DNA of 64,000 bases, taken from NCBI GenBank assembly GCA_963727485.1, contig CAVSGM010000001.1, positions 992,001-1,056,000 of the forward strand, written 5' to 3'. Origin of the DNA: an uncultured delta proteobacterium (GTDB lineage Bacteria > Myxococcota > Myxococcia > SLRQ01). Below the pieces are notes generated by a model. It ran no database searches. It was given only the letters and a program-made list of their open reading frames with translations, and had not been told where the DNA came from. Shown in pieces: positions 39,607 through 49,750 of this stretch (the stretch's first letter is position 1; every line of letters starts with the position of its first letter). The translations under genes were made by a program, and so were the position numbers.

Positions 39607-40503
39607 TCAGCCGGAGGTGGGGGGCTCGGAGGGCCCGGACGGCTCGGCGGGCTCGGGCGCCTCGACGGCCGGTACGGGCGGGGGCGGCACCGGCGGGGGC
39701 GGCACCGGCCGCGCGGGCACCGGTGCCCGGTCCCGCGCCCGGGCCGCGCTCACCGCCGTGTCCCCGAGCACCGCCGCCGTCGCCCCGAGGACGAAGCGCT
39801 CGTCGGAGAGGGCCGCCGGCCGGGGCACCCCCAGATCCTCGAGGTACCCGGCCAGGCGCCCGAAGAGCCCCATCCGCGCCTCCACCGCGATCTCCTCCCG
39901 GCGCAGGGCCAGGGACACCAGGATCTCCCGGAGCGCCGGGGTCACCCGGGCCCGGGCGGCGGCGAGCGCCCGGCGATCCTCGACCAGGCTGTTGTACCGG
40001 GCGCCCTCGGGGAGGATCCCCGCCGGGAGGGGACGCCGGCTCTCACGGACCACCACCGTGCCGGCGAGGAGATCGCCGAGGCGCTGGCGCCGGCGGCTGG
40101 CGAGGACGGTCCCGGCGCCGGCGAGGTAGGTCACCGGGAGGCTGTCGAGGACCCGGAGGAGGTTTCGCACCATCGCCTCGTAGAAGCCCACCCGCCCGCC
40201 GCCCAGGCGCATCACCCGCAGGCCCACCACCCGCTTGCCCACGGTCTGGCCCTGACGCGCCCACTCCAGCACCGCGAAGTAGCCGAACTGGAGGACGAAG
40301 ACCGCGGCGAAGTAGACCGCCACCGCGAACCCCCGGAGGACCACCCCGGCGATGCCGGCGAAGAGGAGGAGCCCGAAGGAGAGGGCGCCCATCACCAGGG
40401 CGTCGATGCCCCAGGCCAGGGCCCGGGAGGCGAGCCCGGCGAGCTCGAAGTCGAAGACCACGTACTCCGGGGTCTCGACCTGGTGGACCACCTCGGTGCG
40501 CAC
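39607..40503 (-). CDS. RDD family protein
   Basis: TPEYV, LAGLASRALAWGID, GQTVGKRVVGLRV, RNLLRVLD, QRLGDLLAGTVVV. Confidence 0.9.
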   Translation of the reverse strand: MRTEVVHQVETPEYVVFDFELAGLASRALAWGIDALVMGALSFGLLLFAGIAGVVLRGFAVAVYFAAVFVLQFGYFAVLEWARQGQTVGKRVVGLRVMRLGGGRVGFYEAMVRNLLRVLDSLPVTYLAGAGTVLASRRRQRLGDLLAGTVVVRESRRPLPAGILPEGARYNSLVEDRRALAAARARVTPALREILVSLALRREEIAVEARMGLFGRLAGYLEDLGVPRPAALSDERFVLGATAAVLGDTAVSAARARDRAPVPARPVPPPPVPPPPVPAVEAPEPAEPSGPSEPPTSG

Positions 40504-40526
40504 CGCCCCATGGTACCATCCGACCC

Positions 40527-41561
40527 GTGGATCTCGCGGCCTTCATCTCCGAGCGGCGCCCGGTGTGGGCCCGCCTCGAGACCGGCCTCGACGACGCCGA
40601 CCGCCGGGGGCTCGGGCGCCTCTCCGTCGACGAGGCCCGGGCCCTCGGTCGGCTCTACCGCGAGGTCTCCGGCGACCTCCTCCTCGCCCGGAGCAAGGCC
40701 GCCAGCGCCGAGGTCGTCGACTACCTCAACGCCCTGGTCGCCCGGGCCCACGCCCGCATCCACCCCTCGCGCCGCCCGCGCCTCGCCGACGTGAGGCGCT
40801 TCTACGCCCGGGGCTTCCCCCGCCTGGTCCGCGCCGAGCGCCGGGCCATCGCGCTGTCGGCGGTGTGCCTCCTCGCCGGGGTCCTCTTCGGCGCCGGGGC
40901 CATGGCCGTCGACGGCGACGCCTGGGTCTACCTGGTCCCCGCCCAGCACCAGCACTTCACCCCCAAGGCCCACGCCGACCAGGCCAACCACCGCGTCGCC
41001 GGCCCGGGGAACGAGGCCGCCTTCAGCGCCTTCCTCTTCACCCACAACATCCGGGTCACCGTCCTCACCTTCGCGGTGGGCGTGTTCGCCGGGGTCCTCA
41101 CCGCCCTGCTCCTCTTCCTCAACGGGGTGATGCTCGGGTCGCTGGCCTGGGTCTACGCCACCCGTGGCTACGGCCTCTTCTTCTGGGCCTGGATCCTGCC
41201 CCACGGGGTCCTGGAGCTCTCGGCGGTGGTCCTCGGGGGCGGCGCCGGCTTCGTCCTCGGCCGGGCGGTCCTGGCGCCGGGGCGCCTGCGCCGCAGCGAC
41301 GCGGTCCGGGAGGCGGCGGCCCGGGCGGTGCGCCTCCTCCTCGGGCTGGCGCCTGTCCTGGTGGTCGCCGGCCTCATCGAGGGCAGCCTCTCCCAGTGGG
41401 GCGACCAGATCGTCAGCCCCTGGCTCAAGCTGGCCTTCGCCGCCGTCGCCGGGAGCCTCCTGTGGCTCTATCTCCTCCGGGCGGGCCGGGGCGCGGACGA
41501 CGCCCTGGGCCAAGGGGTAGGAGGATCCCCTGGGGTCGCGCAACTCCCCCGTCCGGGGTAA
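40527..41561 (+). CDS. SpoIIM/DUF95 family membrane protein
   Basis: MDLAAFISERRPVWARLE, LFTHNIRV, LNGVMLG, ILPHGVLEL, AGLIEG. Confidence 0.88.
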   Translation: MDLAAFISERRPVWARLETGLDDADRRGLGRLSVDEARALGRLYREVSGDLLLARSKAASAEVVDYLNALVARAHARIHPSRRPRLADVRRFYARGFPRLVRAERRAIALSAVCLLAGVLFGAGAMAVDGDAWVYLVPAQHQHFTPKAHADQANHRVAGPGNEAAFSAFLFTHNIRVTVLTFAVGVFAGVLTALLLFLNGVMLGSLAWVYATRGYGLFFWAWILPHGVLELSAVVLGGGAGFVLGRAVLAPGRLRRSDAVREAAARAVRLLLGLAPVLVVAGLIEGSLSQWGDQIVSPWLKLAFAAVAGSLLWLYLLRAGRGADDALGQGVGGSPGVAQLPRPG

Positions 41562-41630
41562 CCTGCTCCCCGGCCGCGCCTCCACCCGGAGGCGCGCATG
41601 GCCCCCCGGCGGGAGACAGGAGCGACGCCC

Positions 41631-41882
41631 ATGGCGCCTGAAGATCCGGGCGACCGCGTCGCCCTCTCGGAGCTCGCCGGGCTGCTCGCCGCCAGCCTCG
41701 GCGAGGACAGGGCCCGCGCCACGGTGGAGGGCACGGTGAGGGCCATGGGCCTCGAAGGCCCCGAGCTCGAGGCCCGGGACGCCTTCCGGGTCCTGGCTCA
41801 GCTCGGCGAGGCGCCGGGGATCGTGGGGACGGTGGCGCGCTTCGCCAAGGCCCGGTTCATCCTCGCCCACCCGGTGGAGTGA
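41631..41882 (+). CDS. Small hypothetical protein
   Basis: ATG preceded by AGGAG; typical codon usage. Confidence 0.55.
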   Translation: MAPEDPGDRVALSELAGLLAASLGEDRARATVEGTVRAMGLEGPELEARDAFRVLAQLGEAPGIVGTVARFAKARFILAHPVE

Positions 41883-42084
41883 CCCCGCTGGGCTCGCCGG
41901 CGTCGCAGCGCTTGCAGTCGAGGCGTCGGCCGAGGAAGCCTCGGCGCCCGGCCTCGGTGGTGACCCAGGGGCGCACGGTCCACGGCGGGTCGTGGCGCAC
42001 GTGCTGGCCGTGACCGCAGGCGAGCTCGGCGACCCAGTGGCCCTCGTCGTCCCGGTGGTAACCCACGATCGGCTGCTCCATCAT
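41857..42084 (-). CDS. DUF3565 family protein
   Basis: IVGYHRDDEGHWVAELACGHGQHVRHDPPW..RPWV...LDCKRCD. Confidence 0.82.
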   Translation of the reverse strand: MMEQPIVGYHRDDEGHWVAELACGHGQHVRHDPPWTVRPWVTTEAGRRGFLGRRLDCKRCDAGEPSGVTPPGGRG

Positions 42085-43727
42085 CCCGCTCCTTCGGCGC
42101 CAGGCCGCGGGCTCCCGCACACCGCGGCCTCGAGGGCGGCGGCGACCAGCTGCTCCTCGGAGAGCACCTCGTCGGCGCCGAGGCGGCGCAGCCCCTCGAC
42201 GTCGGCAGCGTAGCGCGTCCGGGCGATGCGGCGCACCCCCGGGGCGAGGCGGCCGGCGGTGGCCAGCGCCCGGCGGGTGGTCTCGGCGTCGGGCAGGGTG
42301 AGGACCAGGGCCGCGGCGTGCGCCAGCCCCGCGTGGTGGAGGACCTCGGGGCGGGTGACGTCGCCGAGGAGGAGCGGCAGCCCCGCCCGGCGCGCCTGGC
42401 GGACCATCGCGGCGTTGAGGTCGACCACCAGGTAGGCGAGGCCCCGGGCGGCCAGCCCCGCGGCGACCTCCCGGCCCGCGGGGCCGAAGCCGGCGACGAT
42501 CACGTGGCCCTCGAGGGCCGGGGCCCCGGGGGTGCCGGCGGCCGGGCGTCCCAGGCGCCTCGCCAGGGCCGAGCCGTCCGCCCACCGGGCGAGGCGCGGG
42601 GCCACCGCCAGCACCAACGGCGTCCCCCCCATGGAGAGGACGGTGGCGGCGAGGAGGGTCTGCTGCACCCGCGGGGGCAGGACCCCGGTGGCCACGGTGA
42701 GGAGCACGAAGGAGAACTCGCCGACCTGGGCCAGCCCCAGCCCGGTGCGGGTCGCGGTGCCGGGGCCGTGGCCCAGGGCCAGGGCGAGGACGAAGATCAC
42801 CGCCGCCTTCCCCACGGCGATCGCCACGGCGGTCCCGAGGATGGGCACCGGGTCGGCGACCAGCGCCCGGGGGTCCAGGAGCATCCCCACCGCCACGAAG
42901 AAGAGGGCGATGAACAGGTCCCGGAAGGGCACCGCCTCGGTGAGCACCGTGAGCCGGTGCTCCGAGCCGCCGATGGCCAGCCCGGCGAGGAAGGCGCCGA
43001 GGGCCATGGAGAGGCCGGCGGCGGTGGTGAGCCACCCGATGCCCAGGACCCCGGCGGCGACGGCGATGAGGAAGAGCTCCCGGCTCCGGGTCGCGGCCAG
43101 GCGGTCGAGGAGCCAGGGGACGAGCCGGCGGGAGACCAGGACCACGCCGGCGATCACCGCCACCCCCTCGGCGAGGGCCGGGAGCAGCCCCCGGGTGCCC
43201 GGGGCGGCATTGCCGCCGAGGACCGGGATCAGGAGGGTCATGGGCACCACCGCCAGGTCCTGGAAGAGGAGCAGGGCCAGGGCGAGGCGGCCGTGGGGGG
43301 TCTCGAGCTCGCCCTGGTCCGAGAAGGCCCGGAGGACGATGGCGGTGCTCGAGAGGGAGACCACGAAGCCCACCACCAGGGCCGGGCCCGGGGCGAGCCC
43401 GAGGGCGAGGGCGACGCCGGCGGCGGCCGCGGTGGTCACGGTGACCTGGAGGGCGCCGCCGACGACGAAGGCGACCCCCAGCGACCGCAGGCGCGAGAGC
43501 GAGAGCTCGAGGCCGATGGAGAAGAGGAGGAGCACCACCCCCACGTCGGCGAGGGTGCGCACCGCGGTGGCGTCGGGGACCAGGTGCAGGGCCCCGGGGC
43601 CGATGAGGGCCCCGGCGACGAGGTAGCCCACCAGCACCGGCAGCTTGAGCCGCCGGAGCAGCAAGGTCACCGACGCCGCAGCGCCGAGGACCACCGCGAG
43701 CTCCCCCAGGATCGCGACGTCGTGCAT
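42081..43727 (-). CDS. CPA2 cation:proton antiporter (KefB/KefC-like) with TrkA-N domain
   Basis: GVVLLLFSIGLE, SSTAIV, LLFQDL, PFRDLF, LAQVGEFSFV, HVIVAGFG. Confidence 0.9.
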   Translation of the reverse strand: MHDVAILGELAVVLGAAASVTLLLRRLKLPVLVGYLVAGALIGPGALHLVPDATAVRTLADVGVVLLLFSIGLELSLSRLRSLGVAFVVGGALQVTVTTAAAAGVALALGLAPGPALVVGFVVSLSSTAIVLRAFSDQGELETPHGRLALALLLFQDLAVVPMTLLIPVLGGNAAPGTRGLLPALAEGVAVIAGVVLVSRRLVPWLLDRLAATRSRELFLIAVAAGVLGIGWLTTAAGLSMALGAFLAGLAIGGSEHRLTVLTEAVPFRDLFIALFFVAVGMLLDPRALVADPVPILGTAVAIAVGKAAVIFVLALALGHGPGTATRTGLGLAQVGEFSFVLLTVATGVLPPRVQQTLLAATVLSMGGTPLVLAVAPRLARWADGSALARRLGRPAAGTPGAPALEGHVIVAGFGPAGREVAAGLAARGLAYLVVDLNAAMVRQARRAGLPLLLGDVTRPEVLHHAGLAHAAALVLTLPDAETTRRALATAGRLAPGVRRIARTRYAADVEGLRRLGADEVLSEEQLVAAALEAAVCGSPRPGAEGAG

Positions 43728-43789
43728 CTACCGGGAGGCTAGGGTCCCGGGCGGGCGAGGCGACCGGGGCGAAGGTCCCCAGGCCGGGA

Positions 43790-45145
43790 TCAGAGCGCGG
43801 CCCGGCGCTTGACCTCGACGTAGGCGTTCACCGCCGCCAGGGTCGCCTCCTCGGGCAACGGGTCGAGGATCCGGGCGCCGGCCTGGGCCAGGCCCCGGCG
43901 CAGGCCCTCGCGCTCGTCGAGGAGCTCGGCGGCGACGGCCATCCGCCAGGGGTCCTCGGTGTCCACCGGGGCCCGGCGGGCGGTGGCCTCGAGCTCGGGA
44001 TCGCGCATGGCGAGGACCACCGGGAGGTGCCGGGTGGCCAGCCGCCGGACGTTGTCGACCAGGGGCCGGCTGGTGGCCTCGTCGTGGAGGTCGGTGAAGG
44101 CGAGGACCAGGGCCCGGCGCGGCTGGCGCGCCAGCACCGCCCGGGCGAAGGCCCGGTAGTCGACGTAGGTCCGCGAGGGCTGCACCGCGAAGAGGGCCTC
44201 GAGGATCCGCTGGTACTGGGCCCGCCCCTTGCCCGGGGGGACGTAGGCCTGCACCGCGTCGTCGAAGACCATCAGGCCCACCCGGTCGTCGTGGCGCAGG
44301 GCCACGAAGGCCACCAGGAGCGCGGCGTTCACCGCGTGGTCGAGGCGCGAGAGGCGCCCGGCGCGCACCGCCATCAGCCGGCTGGCGTCGACGCAGAGGA
44401 GCACGGTCTGGGAGCGCTCCGGGGCGTGGACCCGGACCACCGGCGTCTCCCGGCGGGCGGTGGCCTTCCAGTCGACGTCCCGGTAGGCGTCGCCGGGGAC
44501 GTAGTCGCGCAAGAGCTCGAACTCGCTCCCCTCGCCCTCGCGGCGCAGCACGTGGACCCCGACCCGGGCGAGGTCCCGGGCGCCCCCGGCGAGGACCACC
44601 CCGGTGGCGCTGCGGACGTCGGGGTAGACCCGGGCCTCGCCGGCGAGGGGCACCACCCGGTCGGCCCAGGCGAGGCCCAGGGGCCCCCGCACCCGCAGGT
44701 GGACGTCGCCCCAGTCGAAGCGGCCCCGGGACGGCGGGGTGACCCGCAGGGTGGCGGTGGCGGCGCCGAAGGCGGGGACGGTGAGGCGGACCTCGGGGCG
44801 GTCGACCTCGAAGGCGGCGGGGACGTCGTCCCGGAGGCGCACCACCCGGGGGCGGGCCTCCCGGCTCTCGACCACCAGGCGCACCCGGTTGGGGGCGCCC
44901 ACCGAGAGGCGCCTGGGGAGCTTGCGGGCCACCGTGAGGGGGATGCGTGCCGCGGCGGCGGCGTCGGCGACGGCGATGACGCAGAGGAGGGCGTCCACCG
45001 CGGCCACCGCCCACACCACCGCCGGGGCGGCCGGGGCCAGGAGCAGGACCACCCCGGGCAGGAGGAGCACCCAGGCGAGGCGCGCCCCGGGGACGAAGCG
45101 GCCGCCCTCGGCCGGGCGCGCCGAGGTGGGCAGGGGCCCGGCCAC
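43790..45145 (-). CDS. DUF58 domain protein (vWA-like)
   Basis: EFELLRDYVPGD.YRDVDWKATAR, DASRLM, DRVGL, FTD. Confidence 0.88.
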   Translation of the reverse strand: MAGPLPTSARPAEGGRFVPGARLAWVLLLPGVVLLLAPAAPAVVWAVAAVDALLCVIAVADAAAAARIPLTVARKLPRRLSVGAPNRVRLVVESREARPRVVRLRDDVPAAFEVDRPEVRLTVPAFGAATATLRVTPPSRGRFDWGDVHLRVRGPLGLAWADRVVPLAGEARVYPDVRSATGVVLAGGARDLARVGVHVLRREGEGSEFELLRDYVPGDAYRDVDWKATARRETPVVRVHAPERSQTVLLCVDASRLMAVRAGRLSRLDHAVNAALLVAFVALRHDDRVGLMVFDDAVQAYVPPGKGRAQYQRILEALFAVQPSRTYVDYRAFARAVLARQPRRALVLAFTDLHDEATSRPLVDNVRRLATRHLPVVLAMRDPELEATARRAPVDTEDPWRMAVAAELLDEREGLRRGLAQAGARILDPLPEEATLAAVNAYVEVKRRAAL

Positions 45146-46125
45146 TACCGGGGCACCTCCACCTCGTCGAGGATCCGGTCGAGGACCTCCTCGGCGGTCA
45201 CCCCGTCGACCTCGGCGTCGGCGGTGAGGCGCAGGCGGTGGCCCAGGGTGGGCACGGCGAGGCGGCGGACGTCGTCGGGGGTGACGAAGTCCCGCCCCGA
45301 GAGGGCGGCGAGGGCCTGGCTGCACACCAGCAGGTGGATGGCGGCCCGGGGGCCGGCGCCGAGGCGGACCTCGGGGCTCTCCCGGGTGGCGGTGGCGAGC
45401 TTTCGGACGTAGCCGCGGACCGAGGGCTCGACGGTGACCGCGCGCACCGCGCCCCGGGCCCCGAGGACGTCGGCCACCGAGACCACCGGCCGCACCCCGG
45501 CGGCGTCGAGGTCGCCGGCGCCGAGGCCCTGGTGGGCCTGCTCCAGGATCCGGTCCTCGTCCTCGGCCGAGGGGTAGCCCACGTGGACCTTGAACAGGAA
45601 CCGGTCGAGCTGGGCCTCGGGGAGGGGGTAGGTGCCCTCGGACTCCACCGGGTTCTGGGTGGCGAAGACGGTGAACACCGCCGGCAGGGCGTGGGGCTCG
45701 CCGTCGATGGTGACCTGGCGCTCCTGCATCGCCTCGAGGAGGGCCGACTGGGTCTTGGGCGGCGCCCGGTTCACCTCGTCGGCCAGGAGCAGGTCGGCGA
45801 ACACCGGGCCCCGCACCAGGCTGAAGGTCCGGCTGGCGAGGTCGAAGACCCTTGTGCCGAGGATGTCCGAGGGCATGAGGTCCGGGGTGAACTGGATGCG
45901 CCGGAAGCCCCCGTCGAGGCTCCGGGCCAGGGCCCGGACCATGAGGGTCTTGGCCACGCCGGGCACGCCCTCGAGGAGGACGTGGCCGCCGGCGACCAGC
46001 CCGGTGAGGAGGAGCTCGACGACGTCGTCCTGGCCGACGACGGCCTTGCGGATCTCCTGGAGGACGGCGTCGCGGAGGCGGGCGGCCGCCTCCGTCGGCG
46101 AGGTGCTGCGGGCTTCGGGCTCCAC
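45145..46125 (-). CDS. MoxR family AAA+ ATPase
   Basis: HVLLEGVPGVAKT, RIQFTPDLMPSD, ADEVNRAPPKTQSALLEAMQE, EGTYPLPEAQLDRF. Confidence 0.95.
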   Translation of the reverse strand: MEPEARSTSPTEAAARLRDAVLQEIRKAVVGQDDVVELLLTGLVAGGHVLLEGVPGVAKTLMVRALARSLDGGFRRIQFTPDLMPSDILGTRVFDLASRTFSLVRGPVFADLLLADEVNRAPPKTQSALLEAMQERQVTIDGEPHALPAVFTVFATQNPVESEGTYPLPEAQLDRFLFKVHVGYPSAEDEDRILEQAHQGLGAGDLDAAGVRPVVSVADVLGARGAVRAVTVEPSVRGYVRKLATATRESPEVRLGAGPRAAIHLLVCSQALAALSGRDFVTPDDVRRLAVPTLGHRLRLTADAEVDGVTAEEVLDRILDEVEVPR

Positions 46126-46136
46126 GGGCGGTCCCC

Positions 46137-47623
46137 CTACGTGGCTTGGGCGTCGCCGCCCTCCGAGGCGGCGCGCGGGTGGCGTCTCTTGCCCCGGCGG
46201 CGGGCCGGGCGCTGGGACAGGGCATGGTACAGGGCGGCGGCGCGGCGGGCCACCTCGGTCAGGGCGGCGCGGGTGTCGTGGCCGGCCTCGGCCTCGGCGC
46301 GGAGGCGGGCCCGGGCGGTGGCCAGGGGCCGGGCGGCCTCGGCGACCGCCTCCCGGCCCCGGTGGGGGCGCGCGAGGCCCAGGGCCCGGCGGGCGATGGT
46401 CTCCCCGGCGTGCGCCCCGTGGCGCCCCACCTGGTAGAGGCGGCTCATGGCGGCGAGGAAGTCGGCGCCGGTGCCCTGGGGGGCGTCCTCGAGGCGCGCC
46501 GCCGGGCCCAGGCGCCGGCCGGCGAGGGCGGCGACCAGGAGGACCAGGAGCACCTGGAGGATCGCCGGCACCAGGCCCCGGTCCCGGGCGTAGCCCATGA
46601 GGGTGCGGTCGCCGGCGTGGCCGTGGTGGTACTCGTCGAAGTCCACCGGGCGCCCGTGGGCGAGGGCGCCGAGGCTGGAGACCCAGAAGGCGGCGTCGTC
46701 GGCCTTGCCCAGGTAGGCGTTGGTGGCGAGGTCCGGGGCGGCCACGGCGACCACCCACCCGTCGCCGTGGGGGACGGCCACGGCGGCGGCGGGGGCGGTG
46801 GCCCGGTCGGGCGCCTTGGGGTCCGGGGCCACCAGGAGGCGCACCTCCCGGCCGTCGGGGCGGTAGAGCCAGCCGGCGACCGGGGTCACCACCCGGTGGA
46901 CGCCCCGGGTGAGGAAGCTCGGCTGGCCGGGGACCAGGGTGCGCGGGGGGCCGAGGTCCCGGGGCTTCGCCGGGGCGAAGGGGTCGAAGGCGAGGGCGCG
47001 GTCGGGGCCGCCGTCGGGGCTGCCCCCGTCCGGGGAGCCGCCGTCGGCGACGCCCCCGTCGGCGCCGGTGGCCGCCCCGTCGGCGACGGCGCCGGGGCCG
47101 GTGGCCACCGGGGCCTCGACGCTGTCCCGGGTGCCCGCCTCCGGGTCCCGGAACCGCAGCCCCACCTGCCGGAGGAGGGCGTCGTCCCGGCGGACCACGT
47201 CCACCAGGTTCCCCCCGGCGGCGACCCAGTCGAGGAGGGCCCGGCACTCGGTGGGCGTGACGCCGCCACCCAAGGGGAAGCCCGCCGCCGCGGCTCCATC
47301 CGCTCCGTCCCCGCCGTCCCCGCCGTCCCTCGCCGTCCGCCGTCCGCGCCGTCCGCCCCGGCGGCGCAGGCGGACGGCCCGGGGACGTCGAGGAGGACCA
47401 GGGTCTGGGCGTGCTCGAGGACCTCGAGGTCGAGGTGGCGCCGGCGGACCTTCAGGCCCGCGGCGTCGGCGAGGAGGTAGAGCCCCCGGGCCCCATCGGG
47501 GGCGGCGCGGTAGGTGGAGCCCGGGTCGGCGAAGGCGCCGCGGCGGGCGCTCCTCGCCATGACCAGGCCCAGGCCGGCGGCGAGGGCCACCAGGAGGGCC
47601 GCCGGGGCGAGCCACCTACCCAA
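46137..47623 (-). CDS. DUF4350 domain protein (frameshift ~47300)
   Basis: STYRAAPDGARGLY in the first frame; LLDWVAAGGNLV, LATNAYL..DDA, FDEYHHG, RRLGP in the second. Confidence 0.75.
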
Positions 47624-49445
47624 GGCCCAGCCCTCCCACGGCGTGGACCACCTGGAGGGCGCTCGCCCGCACCAGCTGGTAGCCGTCGCCGGTGACCGCG
47701 CCCAGGCCGTACCAGGCGTGCTCGTAGCGCCGGGTCACGTCCTCGAAGGTCTCGAGGGCGAGGCCCTCGCCCCGGAAGCCCCGGACCAGGTCCCAGTTGG
47801 TCCGGGCCCGCGCGTAGTCGATGGCCTGGGCCCGGTGGAGGGCGGAGAGGAGGGCGAGGTAGCCGAGGCGCACCGCCTCCCGGTGGGCGCCGTCCCGGGC
47901 GGCGGCGTCGGCCTCGGCGAGCCAGGCGTCGGGGGCCCGGGCGAGGGCGTCGGCGAGGGCGGTCCCGGGACGCGGCGGAGGCCGGTCGGTCGGGGCGTCG
48001 TCGGAGGCGTCGACGCCCTCCGGGGGGCGGCGGCCGCCGAGGGCCCGGGTGACGCCGAGGGCCACCACCACCAGCGCCCCGCCGAGGATCAGCGCCCACA
48101 TCACCCAGCCGAGGCCGTGGGTGGGGGTGGGGGCCTTCGCCGGAGCCTGGGGGGCGTGGGAGAAGAGCTTCTTCAGGAGCCGCCCGAGCCACCGGAAGAA
48201 CCGGTCGAAGGGGCCGGAGTCGAGGTCGGCCTTGCCGGCGGGGTGGACCTGGACCTCCTGGAACGCCGGCTCGGCGAGGATGCGCCGGGCCAGCACCCGG
48301 GGGTCGGTCCGGGCCGCCGGCGCCCGGGCCTGGGGGAGGGCGGCGAGGGCCAGGGACAGGCGCCGGCCGGCGGCGGCCACCCGCCCGGCGCCGAGGTCCG
48401 CCTCCACCTCCGAGGCGAGAGCGGCGAGGGCCGGGTCGTCGCCCTGGGCGCCTCGGAGGGCCCGGGCGATGGCCTCCGGATCGACCGGGGCGCCCTGGGC
48501 CGCGGCCCACCGGGCGTCGGCGAGGAGCCGGGCCCGGGGCGAGGCGGCGGCCCCGGGGGGGACCTGGGCCCGGGCGGCGGTCGCGCCCCCGAGGACCAGG
48601 CAGAGGACCAGGGCGGCGGTGCCCCGGCGCCGGCGGCGCGCCACCGGGGGCAGGGCGGCGGCGGCGGCCTCGAGGTCCAGGGCGTCCCGGCGCACCCGGC
48701 CGTCGACCAGGAGCAGGGCCAGGCTCGCCCAGCGCACCGGCTCCAGGAGCACGAAGGCCACGGCGGTGGTCGCCGGGAGGAAGATCGGGTTGCCCGGGGA
48801 GAGGACGCTCCGGAGGTAGACCACGTCGAGGTCGAGGAGGTGGGCCCCGAGGTAGAGGGCCAGCATCGAGAGCCCCGCGAGGTTGAGCGAGAGGAGGACG
48901 ATGCCCAGGAGCCAGAGGAGGGTGAGCCCCAGGCTCCGGCCGGTGTTCAGGCCCAGGAGGGCCCGGGCGCCGCGGATGCTCCGCCAGGGGGCGGCCTCCC
49001 GGGTGAGCACCAGGGGCACCGAAAGGAACACCCCGCCCCAGGCCAGAAGCGGCAGGAAGCCGGCGACGGCGCTCACCGCCACCGCCCAGGCGCCCATGGC
49101 CCCGGCGGCGATGAGCGACGGGGCCCGGCGCGCGGCCTCGGCGAACGCCCGCCCCGGCGAGATCCGCTCCCCCTCGACCCCGGTGAGGACCAGGCGCACC
49201 GCGGCGCCGCCGGCGACGTAGCGCAGGAGCCCGGCCCCGGCGGTGAGGGCGGCGAGGCGCACCAGCGCCGGCCACCCGGCGGCGTGGGCGCTGGCGTCGT
49301 AGGCGAGCCAGAGGGCGGCGAGGGCCACGGGCACCCCGCCGAGGATCGCCGGCCACGCCGCCTCTGGGGCGCTCACCACCGCCTCGAAGGCGGCGTCGAG
49401 GAGGCGCAGGGCGTCCCGGGGACGGAGGGGGGCGGAGGTGGGCAT
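47616..49445 (-). CDS. Membrane protein with C-terminal DUF4129-like domain
   Basis: N-terminal TM segments; REAVRLGYLALL..L, TNWDLVR, YEHAWYG. Confidence 0.78.
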   Translation of the reverse strand: MPTSAPLRPRDALRLLDAAFEAVVSAPEAAWPAILGGVPVALAALWLAYDASAHAAGWPALVRLAALTAGAGLLRYVAGGAAVRLVLTGVEGERISPGRAFAEAARRAPSLIAAGAMGAWAVAVSAVAGFLPLLAWGGVFLSVPLVLTREAAPWRSIRGARALLGLNTGRSLGLTLLWLLGIVLLSLNLAGLSMLALYLGAHLLDLDVVYLRSVLSPGNPIFLPATTAVAFVLLEPVRWASLALLLVDGRVRRDALDLEAAAAALPPVARRRRRGTAALVLCLVLGGATAARAQVPPGAAASPRARLLADARWAAAQGAPVDPEAIARALRGAQGDDPALAALASEVEADLGAGRVAAAGRRLSLALAALPQARAPAARTDPRVLARRILAEPAFQEVQVHPAGKADLDSGPFDRFFRWLGRLLKKLFSHAPQAPAKAPTPTHGLGWVMWALILGGALVVVALGVTRALGGRRPPEGVDASDDAPTDRPPPRPGTALADALARAPDAWLAEADAAARDGAHREAVRLGYLALLSALHRAQAIDYARARTNWDLVRGFRGEGLALETFEDVTRRYEHAWYGLGAVTGDGYQLVRASALQVVHAVGGLGLG

Positions 49446-49452
49446 CGGCGCG

Positions 49453-49716
49453 CTAGCGGAGGAGGGCGGCGACGCCCAGCCACAGGAGGGTCAGGCCCCC
49501 GAAGGCGGTGGCCACCAGCCCCAGCGAGAGAGGGTGGAGCTCCGAGCCCTCCCACCGGGCGCGGCCGCCGGCCTGGCCCAGCTTCTCCACGCACCGGAAG
49601 CAGCGGTGGATTCCGTCGATGGGGGTGGAGCACTCGATGCAGATGACCGTGCGGCAGACCACGCAGACGCCGACGGCGTTCCGATCGGGGTGATAGGTGC
49701 ACCGTCCCGAGAGCAC
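49453..49716 (-). CDS. Small B-box-like zinc-finger membrane protein
   Basis: CTYHPDRNAVGVCVVCRTVICIEC....RCFRC plus C-terminal TM. Confidence 0.72.
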   Translation of the reverse strand: MLSGRCTYHPDRNAVGVCVVCRTVICIECSTPIDGIHRCFRCVEKLGQAGGRARWEGSELHPLSLGLVATAFGGLTLLWLGVAALLR

Positions 49717-49750
49717 CCTTGGAGCCTAGCACGTGCTAGAGTCCGCGCCC

